A DNA stretch of 64,000 nt from Eledone cirrhosa (GCA_964016885.1 OZ024742.1:212846001-212910000); one strand, 5' to 3'; shown: positions 13,296 through 27,170, counted from the stretch's first letter. Program-made: numbers and translations. The notes: generated by a model not told the origin, from the sequence alone.

Positions 13296-14284
13296 GCAGA
13301 CCTGGGTCAAGCAAAGACCGAGGAAAATGGGCGACTGGCATATCGAATGTGCTCAGGCGCTCACAGTCCTCTGGCAAACGGACCCGGCGATCAGTGGAGA
13401 CTCCACTTCGACATTCTATAGAGGGTTGGTCCGCAGCAAGTGCGACGACACGCTCGGAGAAACTCTAGGCGTAGAGGAGGACGAACTGGCCAGTATGTTC
13501 GGTAGGACCTTCCGCCCGGGACCAATGGACAACTTCCAAAAGTTCCTGGCCTGGTAGTGCTACCGAGGAGCTCTACCAGTTCGAGACAAGCTCTACAGAC
13601 ACGGGAGCCCGGGTAGGCACCCTTCGAAAAAGATCTGTCCGAGATGCGTGCGCGACGAGGAAATCGTCACACACGAATTTGTACACTGCCCGGGCGTTAC
13701 CGACCTGTGGGGCTATATAGAACGATTATTGTCGCGAGTGGGACCAATCAAGTTGACCACCGAGTCCATTGTCATGATCAAACCGCCACCCTCCTTCAAA
13801 AACGAGGGAGAGGCGGTTTTCCTATGTGTTATGGCTATGGTGAAAGAGGTTATACGGTGGATGAGGTTAAAAGGGCTGAGGTCAGACACCTTTCTCTCCG
13901 GCGAGCAACTGATTCGTTTTTTCAAATATCATTTTGGAAGAAGAATCAGGATGGAGAGAGAGGTACTGTACCCCAGCAAATTTTATAAAAGGTGGGTGAA
14001 TGTGGCAAAGATGGCCCCAGTGGTTGGGCCTTCTCTCTATATAAGCCTGTAGGTTGAGGAAAAAGAGGAAGAGAGGAAGGGAGTACTCACTCTTGATGTT
14101 CCTGGAGATGAGGGTTGTACATTTTTTCGGGGTGTGTACAACCCCTGTGTAACACCTCCCCCCTATTGGGGATTTCAATTATTATTTGTTGTTTTATTAA
14201 TAGTTTTATTTTCATATACCTGTATGTAAACTCCCCAGTTGTATTTGTCCCCTTCTTTTGTGCCCTTGTGGCTAATAAAGAAAT
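13296..14284 (+). mobile_element. 5'-truncated Tx1/L1-like LINE with C-terminal zinc knuckle
   Basis: One frame from 13296 to 14052 with a single stop reads ...FQKFLAW*CYRGALPVRDKLYRH...CPRCVRDEEIVTHEFVHCP (CX2CX8HX4C). The 3' UTR has AATAAA and ends at tatctat. Confidence 0.8.
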
Positions 14285-14518
14285 TTATCTATATACTACT
14301 AAAACTCTTTGTGATTGTATGATTGTCTATTATTTAATACAGCCCAAACGGCGTATAATGAGAAAATACTTTGAAAGAAGTTGTCCCTTTGGGAATACAA
14401 ATGGAATAAAACAAGTTTCGCGTAAATCGGAGCACAGGTTCCCTAGATACTGAGTTTTTCTGGGTACCTTCATAAATAGAGAGAGAGAAAGATGGAGAAA
14501 GAGACAAAGAAGGAACAT

Positions 14519-14569
<51 letters not shown>

Positions 14570-14628
14570 GGTGGTGAGTATACATAGATACAAACATAAG
14601 GACATCTGTTTGTATCTATGTATACTCA

Positions 14629-14710
<82 letters not shown>

Positions 14711-14986
14711 TATATATGTGTATGTGTGTGTGTGTATATGTATATATATGTGTATGTATGTATATATGTGTGTATATATATATGTGTATGTATGTGTATG
14801 TATATATATGTATGTATATATATATATAAGTAATTATTTTTACCCCCTAACCTTACGTTCTGCACCAGTGTGTATATTTTTCTTTTATTTTATTTTATAT
14901 TTTTTTTATTTTAATTTTATTTCAGCCTCGTTTTCAATTGTAATACCCTTTGTTTTTAATCTCATATCTTACATCCATATTAAATT

Positions 14987-15059
14987 TTCCTTTTTGATGA
15001 ACGATTTCAGACCTCTCTGTTGAGCTCGCCTGTCTTCGTGAAACCTTTGGTAAATGGAA
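14987..15059 (+). ncRNA. Hammerhead ribozyme, degraded (U3 with G8), 'GAAACCTTTGGTA' family
   Basis: TTGATGA at 14994; stem II acga/tcgt; GAAA-CC-ttt-GG-TA; same downstream tail as the 48422 and 52672 copies. Confidence 0.65.
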
Positions 15060-16300
15060 TAATTGTATTGTGTTGTTTATTAGATAATTTATATATATAT
15101 AGGCCTTCCAATTTCATTTTACATTATATACATGTCTGTATATATTTTGATTATTTAAAAATTATCCTTAAGTGAACGTGATCCAATGGGTAACGGGTGG
15201 TCTAGTATCAATTACCACCAAACTCTACCCCTCCCTATATCTATGTTTCTCTCCCATATGTCTCTACATAACATGTACATAAATTGTAACTAATTTTCGA
15301 ATGGCTTTCTTAACATTTCACAGTGTTTTATTTTTCTCGTTCATATCATTATTCGTAATTTCCTTGAAAGGATCCGTTAGTAACCAAAGACTAGGAATAA
15401 TATTAATATTCTACAGTTTAATTCCTTTGCAAAGTAACTGAAACTGATTTAGTCAACGAATCAATTAATATTATGTTTAATATATTTTTCTTGATCGTTA
15501 ATAGCTTGCTAATGATCAAAGACATCGATGGGTGTTTATTTCTCCAACATCGATCGCCCTATCCAAACAAAACAAAACAACAAAACAAAGCAAACACTAG
15601 AAAATAAACAAAACGTGCGAAAACACAATGAAATTTAATTAATAAATTAAATTATTGGAAATTGGCAATTTCTCTAATAAAGTGAAAATTTATAAAGGCT
15701 AATATATTGACGATATTTATATTAAATTGCATATTATTTGATAGCAGCCTTAAGTTATTGCTAAATATTACGTGATTAAATTGGTTGAAATCAAAAATGA
15801 CATATTAACTATATTTCAATCTTCTAAATTAATATTTCTTAATAAAAGAATTTCAAAAAGTCTGTGAAATTGTTGAAACTTGATTTCATTCACCCCACCA
15901 CCTCTCTCTGTATTATTATTTTTTTTTTTGACAGAATCATGAAAATGCTGAACAAAATACCCTCGTTATTTGCTTATACGTTCAAATCGCATCAAGGTCC
16001 ACTTTATCATTCATTCTTCAGAGATCGATATTATTACTGAAGTCGATTTCATAGAATATGCCTTTAGAATATAGTTTTTTAAACTTCTCCGCTACACATT
16101 TTTCCTTAAGAATTTTCTCTGGATCCTCTTTCAGTATTAATAAATTCAATAAGTAATGAAACAATAGGAAACACGTGTGATTATATAAAATAATGAAAAA
16201 ATTGAATCATATGGAGTTGTACAAAATACAAAATAATTAATAACTCAGAAAATGTAAAACGTTGTATATACAAGATAAAACCACACAACATTTTACTAAT

Positions 16301-16376
<76 letters not shown>

Positions 16377-16605
16377 CAGGGTGCGGACAATATTTGTTCG
16401 CAATTTTCAACTGCTAATTTTATGCAAATTTTTTTAACTTCCGTTGTCACTCTTGTCTTCATAAAAACAGTGACTATATTTCCATTATTTATTTTCAGAA
16501 TAATTGATTATGAATAATTTTGAACCTCCAAATTTGTTGAAGAGACACAGAGTTCTTCTTGGAATCCGCGCCGGGAGGACAAATAAGGAAATTTCAGACT
16601 TTCTC
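16377..16605 (+). mobile_element. Left end of a Tc1/mariner transposon with transposase N-terminus, truncated
   Basis: TA|CAGGGTG TIR start. ATG at 16510 gives MNNFEPPNLLKRHRVLLGIRAGRTNKEISDFL (HTH-like), cut off by a microsatellite and the next PLE. Confidence 0.6.
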
Positions 16606-16668
<63 letters not shown>

Positions 16669-16719
16669 AAATATTAACAAATGAAGGATATTCACATAAT
16701 CAAAATAGATTACTAATAA

Positions 16720-19040
16720 ATGATGGAATTCTTTAGGATTTCTACATCTCTCATAGATATACCTCTACCATCTAACGAAGAATATATGAAACAACTTATT
16801 GGAAAAACCAACTCCTTCATAAGAAGACTGCGGTGGCGTGCTTTCCACTTTGAAAATAAAGAGAAAATGGATAAGAAAAACAACAACAATAATTTTGATC
16901 ACATCTTTAAATCTAGGAAATCTTCCTTACAACAAACTCTTGGCTAATTTCGAAAATGAAATTATAAATATATTAAGGAATATTAAATTTAAAAAAAAAA
17001 ACATATAGAGGCCAGGAATACCTCAGAGGTCTAAAGGAAAAAATTAAGTACATGCAAAAAATAAATAAAATATTAGTAAAATCAGACAAAACGAACAACC
17101 TATATGGGATTGAAAGAACAAAATATAACGACTTAATTTTAAAAGAATTGCGGACAAATTATAAAAAAGCCCCAATTAAGGATTTATTGGATATTAATAA
17201 TGATGCATTTGAAATTATCATCAATCTTGGAATGGAGCGGAAAACCGAACCCTTCATACCAAAGCGACCGCGGATAAATTTTAAAGACCATAAAAGAAAT
17301 TTCGAGGAGGACCTGCCAGTTAGACTTATAGCACCTTCAAAATCAGATCTTGGAATAATTAGTAAAAATATAATAGATAGGATTTTACCAACTCTTAAAT
17401 TTAGGTCATGGCTAAACCTATGGAAAGGCACTAGTGAAGTCATAGATTGGTTCAATAATATCAAAAATAAAAATAATTATAAGTTCATTCAAATAGACAT
17501 GAGTTATTATTCCTCGATAACTCCTAATCTGTTAAATAAGGCGTTATCATATGCATATATAAACATACTGACTTATCTAGTGATGAGATAAATATTATAT
17601 TAACAGCAAGGCGAACCTTGATTGATTTTAATAATGATCTTTGGACTAGATCAGATAGACAGAAGGATTTTGACATTACTATGGGTTCGTCTGATTCGGC
17701 GCAAGTTACCGATCTTGTGGGAATGTTATCCTTAACATGATAAATAGAAAACTGCCGGAGATTACCGGAGGTTTATATAGAGATGACATACTATTTATTG
17801 TAGAAAAACATAATAATAGCGAATTAAATAGAGTAAAGAAAGTAATTATAGCATTTTTTTAAAATTACGACCTGAAATTAGAAGTAGAAAATAATAATAA
17901 AATAGTTAATTTTTTAGACGTGACTCTTAATTTGAACTCAGGCCTTTATTATCCCTTCCATAAACTCAAGAGAATTTTAATTATGTTAGCTTTTATTCTA
18001 ATCACCCTAAAAGTGTTAAGAATGCAATTGTTAACAGTGTACAACAACGAATATCCAGGCTATCTGCTAATAGATCCATATTTGATAGTAAAGGTGTATA
18101 TTATATTGAAGTGTTGCATAAAGCTGGATATAACAATAATATTGAGTATATAGAAAAAACAGTGAAAATAATATTAATTATAATCAAACTAATTATAATA
18201 AAAATGAATATAGAAACAACAACTTGAGGAATAAATCTTAGAAAAAAATAAGAACTAGATCTATAATTTGGTATGCCCCGCCTGCATCTTTAGCTATTAA
18301 AACACCGGTAGCACACTTACTTTTTAAAGCTTTGGATAAATGCTTCTCTAGGTCACATAAATATTACTTATTTTCAATAGACACACAGTTAAACTTTCTT
18401 ATTCAACAACTATGAATATTGCTCAAAATATAGCAAAAATAAATAGTAAAAATCTTAATTTGAACCAACATATAATTAGCAATAATAACAATAATAATAA
18501 CAATACATTAGTTAATGGGAATAACAATAATAGTTTAAATACTAATAATAGTAGAACACCTGTAAATAATAATGTGAAGTGAATAGTTTAAGGTCTGGAA
18601 ATAACATTGAGAAGAAATGTAATTGTAGAAAGAAGTCCGAATGTCCTTTACAAAATAATTGCCTTGACAAGAATATAGTATATAAATGTACCATCAAGAC
18701 AAATATATTGGTGCCACTTCATCTAACGTTGGTATAATCACAGACAGTCTTTTACTAAACCAGATAAGAAATTTTCAACTTCACTTTCGCAATAATATGG
18801 TCTTTAAAGGACAATAATATTAAATACTTCATCTTTCGGACCAAGTTAAAGAAAACCAATTCCTATCAGAACGCTACTTTTTCACAAAATTGCAATCTCT
18901 GTAATTTCGAGACTCTACAGATAATTACAAATTATGACAATTTAATCAACAAAAAAAAAAACAACTATTCAGTAGTTGTCACCATAAAATTGGTAAAAGT
19001 TTCCAAGCATTGTACAAGTTTCGAAAAAATATTGACAATT
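16720..19040 (+). pseudogene. PLE RT + GIY-YIG polyprotein, multiply frameshifted
   Basis: ORF pieces 16720-16947, 17052-17591 and 17920 onward are homologous to the element at 1-2030. Confidence 0.85.
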
Positions 19041-20231
19041 AATAATTTAATATATATATGTTTTTGCCTTATTATGGTAATAATCTATTGATATTTATAT
19101 GTATTAGAATTATTTTATTAAGAGTCTCGTTATCCTATGTTTTGATTAGGACAGTTCAACATCTAACTAGATATCTTCTATGATATTTGCAATAGATGAT
19201 TTATGGTTTTCAAAATATCGCTGAATGTGTGAGTAGAGATATGTTATAAATGTTGTATATGGTGAATGAGTTATCTTCCTTTTGTTTACATTGTCCGTAA
19301 AATTTACTTTCTTTTTGACTTGCTTGTTGAATTATATTAGTTTTGAAATATGTAGACTAATAAAATACAGACTATCATTAAAATGAAACTATATAAATAA
19401 GTAAATGCAGAAGTAAATATAACCTTTCAGTAAATTAATGAAATTAACTTTTGTGAGTAAATGTAACTGCAGTTTAATCCTAGAAATTAAATGAAAATTA
19501 AAGAATAGTGAAGATTTTATAAAGAGAATATCATAATTAAATAGTTTGAGTAATATATGATCTAAATATATTATACCGTAAGTATTGATGGTGACTTATG
19601 TATGGTATTAGATCTTAATACATATTTAATAATTATTCCAATACGCTTTAATGATTAATTCTTTTAAAGTTGTAACAAAATATTTAAAGAATATCTTACC
19701 TTAAAATTAAAAATAATAATCTATATTGAGTTAAATTAAATTATATAAATGTTTAATTAAACTATATATGTGATTGCTATAGAAAATAATATATACTGAT
19801 TAATTTTGATATAATATATAAGTATAATTAGCTAAGGCATAATCAAATACTAAAGATTTTCAATTGTTTAGTTGAATTGATTGGATGTCCTATTTGATCC
19901 AGTATTTGAAAACAACGGTTTTTTCTATACCCCCCTCTATTTGATGTTTCCTTTATTTTCTTTATTTTCTTTATCCACCTCTGTTCCCCTTACTTTCCTT
20001 ACACCTTCCCTCTTTTGTCGTTATTCCTCTTTTCTATTTTATATATTTCTTTTACTCATTCATCCTTTTATTTTTTATTTTTTATTCATTTATCTATTTA
20101 TGTATGTATTTATGTATTTATTTATTTATATTTTCTTGCCTTTCCTCTTCTTTACACACTCTCTCATACCTCTAATTTGCTCTATGTCCTTTAAGTTTAT
20201 CATATTATTTGTGGTATATAAACATTGAGAT

Positions 20232-20322
20232 TTGATGAAATAAATCACTGCCAATACTGGAATTGTATAATCAAGACGTACTGAAAAAACAACACAGTAC
20301 CTTTGAAATATATATAATAAAG
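20232..20322 (+). ncRNA. Possible degraded hammerhead at the PLE 3' end
   Basis: TTGATGA at 20232 ... gtacctttGAAAtatataTAataaa at 20305, resembling the 3' half of the 5155 HHR; stem I is poor. Confidence 0.35.
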
Positions 20323-20609
20323 CATATATTTTGATTATGTGAATATCCTTGATTTGTTAATATTTAGAATAATATTAAAAACTCTAGGAAAACTTTCCGT
20401 TGAGTGCTTTTAATCTATTGTAAAATTGTATTCATTGAGTAATCAACAAAGCATAGTAATCTTTGGTCATATATATATAGGAGTATCTTCAGTGGGACGG
20501 CTTTGTTTATTTCGATACAATGCATAGAATTGCATATTGATATCTGTCAGTGATGTTCTTAAAAGAATTTATATTTCCTAATACTTAGACAGTATTTTGT
20601 CTCTATTAT

Positions 20610-20780
20610 TAAGCTCGGCGGGATTTCTGAGTTCAAATCCCGCCGAGGTTAGCTTTACCTTTCGTCCTTACGGAGTCGAAAAAAAAATGTACCAGCAATG
20701 CACTGAGGTCGATTTAATCGACTTTTCCCTCGAACATTTCGAAAATTGCTGGTCTTGTGCCTATAGTAGACATCATTATC
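20610..20780 (+). mobile_element. Meta-domain SINE, 5'-truncated
   Basis: B box gagttcaaatcc, Meta domain and ttgctggtcttgtgcct tail. Confidence 0.75.
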
Positions 20781-21189
20781 AACGCTGAATATGTGTAAAT
20801 ATGTGTAAAGAAATGGTAGAAGAGCTGCCGTTGTTAATTCAGATGGTATTGGAAGTTCTAATTTGACATCCAGCAAAAAAAAAAAAAAAAAAAAAAGAAA
20901 CGCCTAATTTTGTTTTTGAAAAGCATATCTCTGCAAATTCTTCAGTATCGCTTCCTCAATTCATGATCTTATTCCATGTCATTTAAAACTATCTTATACA
21001 CACCATTTACCTCAACACCATCCCTAAATCCCCCTTACCTTCCCTATCTAAGTTTTATTTTATTTTCAACGCTACTTACAACCATTGTGAAAATTTATCA
21101 CCAATTAAACAATAGCCATATCCCACTCCAATTATCAACAGAAACAGTTCCACAGGAAATCAGTTTCACAATTCTTATGACAATTCTTT

Positions 21190-21400
21190 CTCATTTAGGC
21201 ACAAGGCCAACCATTTTGAGGGAGGGGAAAGTCGATTAAATCGATCCCAGTGCGTTACTGGTACTTATTTTATCGACCTCGTAAGGATGGAAGGCAAAGC
21301 TAATCCTGGTGGGATTTGAACTCAGAACGTAAAGGGACATAACTATATGCCGCAAAGCATGGTGTACTATGTTCTACTGATACTGTTAATCGACTGCCCT
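21190..21400 (-). mobile_element. Meta-domain SINE (subfamily with gtcgatttaatcgac hairpin)
   Basis: Reverse complement of the SINE consensus; same subfamily as 54318-54535 and 52361-52583. Confidence 0.8.
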
Positions 21401-22169
21401 AATGATAGTAAATAATTATAACAAATATATGGGAAATAACATTCAATCACCGCTACTTCAATGATACGAGCCTGGATGTATTATCTAGTTAACCATCCAA
21501 TCTTTTTACTTTCAAACAAACCTTACCTACTCCCGTTAATCTCTAAGGTAAATATTTCGATAAATTACTACTCATAAACCAACGTCTCTACTGGAATATT
21601 AGCGATTGAACTCGAGTACTAGTCAACCGGTGTAACTTGAATTGTGATTTAAGTATTTTTTAAATCTTTTAATAGTAATTGGTATTCTCGGGTGGGGAAC
21701 CACACAAAAGGAATGATTTACGGCGGTTTTATTCGTTCAAAAAAAAAAAGAATCTCACAGGAGAAACATCTGAGATGTTTAATACTGAAATACATTTTTA
21801 AGGACTCGTTTTAACAGGGAAGGAAGAAGGTCTATTAGTTTATTTATGCTAAGAATATAACACCAACTAACTGAGATTTTAAATACGTTTGAAACAACAG
21901 GTGTATAAGGAGTAGGGTGTTATAATATTATATTGAACTATCTGCGGGGATGCCAGCACGTGAGCCCTCGTTCGTTCATAATAGTGAGAGATGGTGGAGA
22001 GCGGGAGTGATAGAGGTAGTGACAGTGGAAGTTTGGTTCCTTTGTGTTCGGACCTGGTGTATATGTATATGTATATGTATATGTTTCACGGACACACGCT
22101 CACACTGAGGCAATCTAATTTGATTTACTGGCTTTGTTTACTATATTATTCCTCTAGTTTGTAATGATG

Positions 22170-22475
22170 AGGCGGCGAATCGGCAGAGTCGTTAGGACGT
22201 CAGATAGACTTTGTTCCGGCTTTCTGCATTCTGAGTTCAAATCCCGCCGAGGTCAACTTTGCCTTTTATCCTTTCGAGGTCGATTAAAAACGTACCAGTC
22301 TAGTACAGTGGTCGATTCTTCCTCTATATGTCTCCCATTTGCTCTCTATCTCTGGAAGAAATCTGCTGTACTCAGGCCTGGAGAGGGATGGGCTCCGCTT
22401 GGCTTAAAATGCCCAGGAAACGCCGTGTGTCAATACGGCGTCCCTACGACCCGACCAGGAGTTACGTGACCATAC
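22170..22475 (+). mobile_element. Full-length composite SINE (tRNA head + Meta domain + alternative structured tail)
   Basis: A and B boxes at 22180-22245, Meta domain, then the tail shared with 7950-8160 and 50925-51130. Confidence 0.75.
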
Positions 22476-22734
22476 ATACAATTAGTAATGAAGCATTTAT
22501 AAGAAGTGTGAGATGAATAAGATACCAGGTACGAATTATACAGTTAATGGATTTTTGTCAAATGTTAGATGTTAAGTGAATGGATCTTACAAACAATAGA
22601 TATGGTTCTAAATATTCAATGTTGCGTGAGATAATGAATGCCTCGGGATGTGTGACAACAATACCGATGAATACATTGATTAAATATTTTAGTGAAGCCA
22701 CTGACCAAATAGCTTTTTATGTAGCTTTATGTTT

Positions 22735-22845
<111 letters not shown>

Positions 22846-23132
22846 TTAAATCTTTTGCTCGTTCACATACATAAATGCTACAAAAACAACCATAATACAC
22901 ATTTAAATAGTACAATTGTTATTCAATTTATACTCATCATAGGATTCCAATTATAACCGAATAAGGCAATTGAACTACAAATATCTTGAATATGAATTTA
23001 TATTTTAGTAATTTTTGTTGTACATCTAAACGGTACATTCATTTTTGCGTATCTCAGTTCAACTAACAATGGAACGAGCCAGCGAAGGAGTCTCTATGTG
23101 ACCATTCAACCTACTAAGAATAGTAGCCAATT

Positions 23133-23318
23133 CTAGACCTACTAACTATCCCCGTCCGACGGGGAGATTTGCAATAGCCTTTGGAGTGGGTGAGAAATGT
23201 GAAAATGGGTATAGTTTTCATTATGTAAAACTCCCCAATTTGTCTAATTTCTCCCCGTTTTGGGGCATTTTCTTTCATAGTACTCTCCGTTTGAGTTTTT
23301 AGAGGCTGGCACGTTTGC
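23133..23318. mobile_element. MITE, degraded copy of 54028-54215
   Basis: Collinear internal sequence (gtgaaaat.ggtat...ttttcatta...tactc.ccgtttgagttttt). Confidence 0.65.
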
Positions 23319-23724
23319 AATTCTCTATCTCAAATAATACTACATGTTGGGTAATGCGGTCCTTGTAGCACACTTCGCCTAAAAAAATATGAGACGGCCA
23401 CGAGTTGGTTACGTTTAACAAAAAATCAACGATGATATTGGACTAAATAACAGCAGTTGCTGCTATCGTTTATGTTAGAAAATAATTATTAGATTTTCTG
23501 GTAGTGTTACAGGCGACTGAGTATTTCATTCAAATGAAAATTTATCTTTCATCTTAAGGCAGAGAGCGAATTCGATTTTAACTATTGGTTTTATGCACTC
23601 GAGAGATTTCTGGAAACATGCAGCTCTCTGTCATTCTATTACCAGTGAGAACGTAAAAGATAAACAGATCTTTGTCGGATCGACTGAACTCTTTGAAATA
23701 GCGTGTAAGAAAAAATAAATGTTT

Positions 23725-24060
23725 TATTGTAAAAACTACAAGTGTCTTTTGTGGTTATGAAAACGGAAAAGGAAGGGAAGGCAAGGGCTCTAGGGTCACA
23801 GAAGAATGGGAGGATGATGGGCTCTAGGCCTAGGGCGCGGCGGTATTGGGGCTGCGCTCCACAAACAAGACGGCAAAAGCATTCTCGTGGACAATGGCCA
23901 GTGACACCAGCTGTTACAGCCACCCCACCTCTCGGAGCTCCTTCCTCAGACGACCTGCTGACGTCCCGATCTTGTGGAGGAGCTCAGCAGTACGGGGTCT
24001 AATTACGCCTGAGGTCTTGACGGCGACCGGCCGAAGAGGAAGCGACCAGACAATTTCCGG
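23725..24060 (-). mobile_element. CRE-like non-LTR 3' end
   Basis: Minus strand reads TSGVIRPRTAELLHKIG...REVGWL*QLVSLAIVHENA; the 3' UTR matches 10440-10530. Confidence 0.65.
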
Positions 24061-24329
24061 TATTTGTTTATCTTAGCGTGTAAGTGTCTGAGTATTCTAC
24101 AGTCACGTGTACCCTTAATGTAATCCTCAAATAAAACTCACGTGACACAGTTTGTGAGAAGGCCAATCTTTTGAATTACAACTATAGTCTATCTGACGGG
24201 CTTCTGCTGCAGTCTCCATCTTATTTCACTCCCAAAGTTTGGGTCAACCTTTGGCTATGCTGAAAGATGCTACACTGTTGGGACGTCATATTTATGAAAC
24301 AAATTTCTTGACCATTCAACCATGCACAC

Positions 24330-24660
24330 ACCATAGACACAGACATATTGAACCGCCATCGACAAATGTTCCGGGTGTGCGAAAAACGAAACAGTTTATT
24401 CTGGAAAGTAACGTGAAAGTGACTGAGCATTCCTCAGACACATGTATCTTTAACGCAGCTCACAGGGAGATTCAGCGTGACACAGTGTGTGACAAGGCCA
24501 GCGCTTTCAATTACAGTACAACTAATTTTTGCCAGCTGAGTAGACTAAAGCAACGTGAAATAAAGTGTCTTGCTCAAGGAAACAACATACCGCCAAGAAT
24601 CAAAGTCATGGCCTTACGATCTTGAACCAAACACCCTAACCACTAAACCACGTGTCTTCA
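24330..24660 (-). mobile_element. V/CORE-like tRNA SINE
   Basis: Reverse complement of ccttgagcaagacactttatttcacgttg at 24551-24580; tRNA-like head at 24590-24655. Confidence 0.7.
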
Positions 24661-25380
24661 GTGCGTCCCCCCCCCCAACACGCGCAAGATTAATAATAAT
24701 AGAGCTTCTATGAATGCCTCTTGGCATGGTTTCAAATGTATTTTCACGTTTACCTCGTATCTACTTCTATAAAAAAAATTGAGAATGTGGATGATAGAGT
24801 CGACAGTACACCTGAACAACCAACAGAAAGTTCGTCTTTTCGTACCGTATCACCAACATTGTATCACATCTGTGATAAATACAGTTAACATTCTAAATGG
24901 TCTAGTGCATCTAATTCAATGTTAAGTTGTGTAAAATCTTACTTGTTAGAGTGTTATAAAATTGGCGAATGTTTTGTTATTTTGTAGTTTCAGTCGGTAT
25001 GATTGAAAAAAAAAAAAAAAAAAAAAAAAATCGCCCTTCACGAGGAAGAGAAAAGTTGAGCGAATTGTTTGCAATTCCTCTCAAGAATGCTGTCGAATCC
25101 ACACACAACGAGGTTTGATTGTGGTGTTGAAAGATAAAATGCATAACATCAAATCGTATGAAATTAAAACTATGTTACCCCCCCCCCCCCCAACAAGAAA
25201 CTACTTGGAAGAAACAAATACACTAACACAACACCATAAATAGGAAGGTAACAAGCAAAAGGAATAATTGTATAATAATTCTAAACGATTTTTAGTGAGA
25301 TGAGAAAATTTTAACTCAGAACGTATTGTATGTATTAAGAAGAAGACGTTTGTTAGATAATATATTGTCGTTAATTATCA

Positions 25381-26051
25381 TCTATATATTAATTTCAACA
25401 ATGTCAGTATTCCGCGTGTCATAATTCTTGATTATCATTGGTTCATAGGTTTCAAATGACTCCGCCCACCTCAACGACGCCAAACTTAAATTAATATGCA
25501 TAATGCCAATGAGGGAGTGAGAGGCGAGTGTAAGAAACAGAGAGGCAAAGTGAACGGTATGTTGGATACACTATCTATATGTGTCAGTGTAGAGACATGT
25601 GTGTGTGTGTGATGTGTGTGGAAATAAGAGGGAAAGGAAAGCAATAACTATTAACATGTGTGCGTATGTATGTTCGTGCGCGTATGTTTATGTGTGTGTG
25701 CGTGCGTGCAGCGTTCCACAGAAAGTAAAAACTATCAACATGTGTGAGTGTATGCGTGTGTGTAAGTGCACGGGTGCGTGTGTAAGTTTGTCTGCGTGTG
25801 GGCGTTTCCATGCGTGTATGTGTGTGTACGTGCGGCATTCAACAATCGCCACGCAGTTTATCTGTCTGTGTGCCTGTCTGTCAGTCTAACATACACAGAG
25901 TTGTGAAGGGAGTAAATAGGGACCTTTTTTTACATTGACGGATATCTTTTATATTTATTATTGTGTCATTTTTTGACAATTGCTCGAAATGAATACTGAT
26001 AATAAAAGCAATTCATCTGTTTACCCGCGCGAAGCTGGGTACGTCAGCTAG
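25381..26051 (+). mobile_element. Non-autonomous Helitron, copy 1 of a tandem pair
   Basis: A|TC start; subterminal hairpin taccc-gcgcgaagct-gggta; CTAG end. Confidence 0.85.
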
Positions 26052-26945
26052 TCTATATATTAATTTCAACAACGTCAGTATTCCGTGTGTCATAATTCTC
26101 GATTATCATTGGTTCATAGGTTTCAAACGATTCCGCCCACCTCAACGACGCCAAACTTAAATTAATACGCATAATGCCAATGAGTGAGTGAGAGGGGAGA
26201 GTAAGAAACAGAGTGTGCCTGTCTGTCAGTCTAACATACACAGAGTTGTGTGATGGGTGTAAATAGGGACCTTTTTTTACATTGACAGACATCTTTTATA
26301 TTTATTATTGTGTCATTTTTTGAAAATTGCTCGAAATGAAAACTGATAATAAAAGCAATTCGACTTTATCAAACAGTGAACTACAGCGGCGACGGCATGC
26401 AGCCAGGAATGAAGAAAAACGGGCTGAACAGCGCCATAGGAACGCCGGACTTCAGAGGCGAAGACGTGCCGCCATGAATGAAGAGGAGCTGGCTGAACAA
26501 CGCCAACGAAACACTGGAGCCAAGCAGCGACGGCGTGCTGAGATGGTTGAAGACGAACTGGCTGAGCATAATCTTTTATATTAATTATCTATATCTATAT
26601 CTACATATAATATAAAAGATTGGAACTTCCATCATCCTTTTGAGAAACGTGGAACAACCACGTCTATGCAAAGATACACGTTTTACAGTCAGGCAGAAGA
26701 TGAACCATCTCCTAGAGGTCACTATTCTAGGTGGGAGCACCTAGAATTGTTCATATACTATGCACAAACGGTACAACGAAGAATCTGGTATATCTGGAAG
26801 ATTTTTTTTATTGTTTTCTGTATCACACAGACACCACGGACTCGCCTCATACTGTAACCAGACAAATATCCAATACAGTCATTTTCTCTTTTACCTGTCT
26901 TCTCTTATCCTCTGTTACCCGGGCGAAGCTGGGTACGTCAGCTAG
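26052..26945 (+). mobile_element. Non-autonomous Helitron, copy 2, retaining a RepHel-like N-terminal repeat
   Basis: TC start directly after the CTAG of copy 1; same termini; ends CTAG|T. ORF 26327-26584 carries charged 24-aa repeats (QRRRRAAMNEEELAEQR) like Helitron RepHel N-termini. Confidence 0.85.
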
Positions 26946-27170
26946 TAATACATAATTATGAATAAAAATAGCGGGGTAGGGTGGGGTTGACTTCCCATTT
27001 CACACTCGCAACTTCTTTTCTTCACAATATTCACTAGTTGTTCTATTCTAGTGTCTAATAAGACCCACACCCGCATACACCACAATATATATATATATGT
27101 CAACATGAAAAAGACATTTTTTCCAATTCCAACCCGCCCGTCCCCTCAATCTATCTTATTTCTCATTCTT

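Larger units (their letters stand above)
16667..20470 (+). mobile_element. Near full-length Naiad-type PLE, decayed, with inverted 5' pLTR piece
   Basis: N-terminus IDIPLPSNEEYMKQLIGKTNSFIRRLRWRAFHF; KSDKTNNLY; RLIAPSKSDLG; MGSSDSAQVTDLVG; YRDD (~17776); IIWY; CNCRKKSECPLQNNCLDKNIVYKC. Bases 16669-16710 are the reverse complement of 20327-20365. Confidence 0.85.
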
